DNA from: an uncultured Fluviicola sp. | Lineage (GTDB): Bacteria > Bacteroidota > Bacteroidia > Flavobacteriales_D > Crocinitomicaceae | Direction: 5' to 3' | Assembly: GCA_964346075.1 (NCBI GenBank) | Contig: CAYFTH010000001.1 | Coordinates: forward strand, 1-58,336 | Length of the DNA stretch: 58,336 nt | Shown here: positions 58,230-58,336 of the stretch, piece after piece | How the letters are laid out: each line of letters opens with the position of its first letter | Numbering within the stretch: the first letter of the stretch is position 1 | Program-made: the position numbers and the translations under genes | Notes under the pieces: generated by a model | Seen by the model: only the letters and a program-made list of their open reading frames with translations | Told to the model about the DNA's origin: nothing | Databases searched by the model: none

Positions 58230-58336
58230 ACTTCAAAGTACAAATATTTTTTGATTCAGGCTTGTAAAACAGTCATCAATTCAGGGCAAACTCACACTTT
58301 TATTTTTAAGAGTTTTCTCAAATAGTCTTCATTCCA

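Noticed and set aside
1-58336. CRISPR arrays, rRNA, IS transposases, prophage structural genes
   Set aside because: No regularly spaced repeats, rRNA-like tracts or such ORFs were seen.

Overview
Core-chromosome segment of a Bacteroidota bacterium, most likely Flavobacteriales. Support: fused lpxC-fabZ, a PorX regulator, S16 with a long tail, dnaA without an adjacent dnaN, and TAnnTTTG promoter boxes. About 50 mostly housekeeping CDSs cover replication and repair (dnaA, mutL), fatty acid and lipid A synthesis (fabI, fabG, lpxD, lpxC-fabZ, lpxA), translation (rpsP, rimM, truA, tsaE, rlmD, SUI1), ETF, bshA and envelope proteins. Two accessory signatures are visible in the raw sequence. (1) At 242-261 a tRNA 3' fragment with its terminator, preceded by 9-bp direct repeats, probably marks the right end of a tRNA-integrated island lying upstream of the window. 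(2) A HigBA toxin-antitoxin pair sits between two ~90-bp imperfect direct repeats, one being a dead copy of the DUF1015 promoter and start codon. Other leads are an unannotated 49-aa ORF, a pseudo-receiver/adenylate cyclase/HD fusion, an HhH beta-barrel plus PorV/FadL-like barrel pair, a GH3-beta-lactamase fusion with a degenerate GH3 active site, an ECF sigma with a TonB-C-bearing anti-sigma, an AlaDH-like protein lacking the catalytic His, and several apparently leaderless genes. No CRISPR array, rRNA, complete tRNA or transposase was seen. All family calls come from motif recognition by eye, not from searches.
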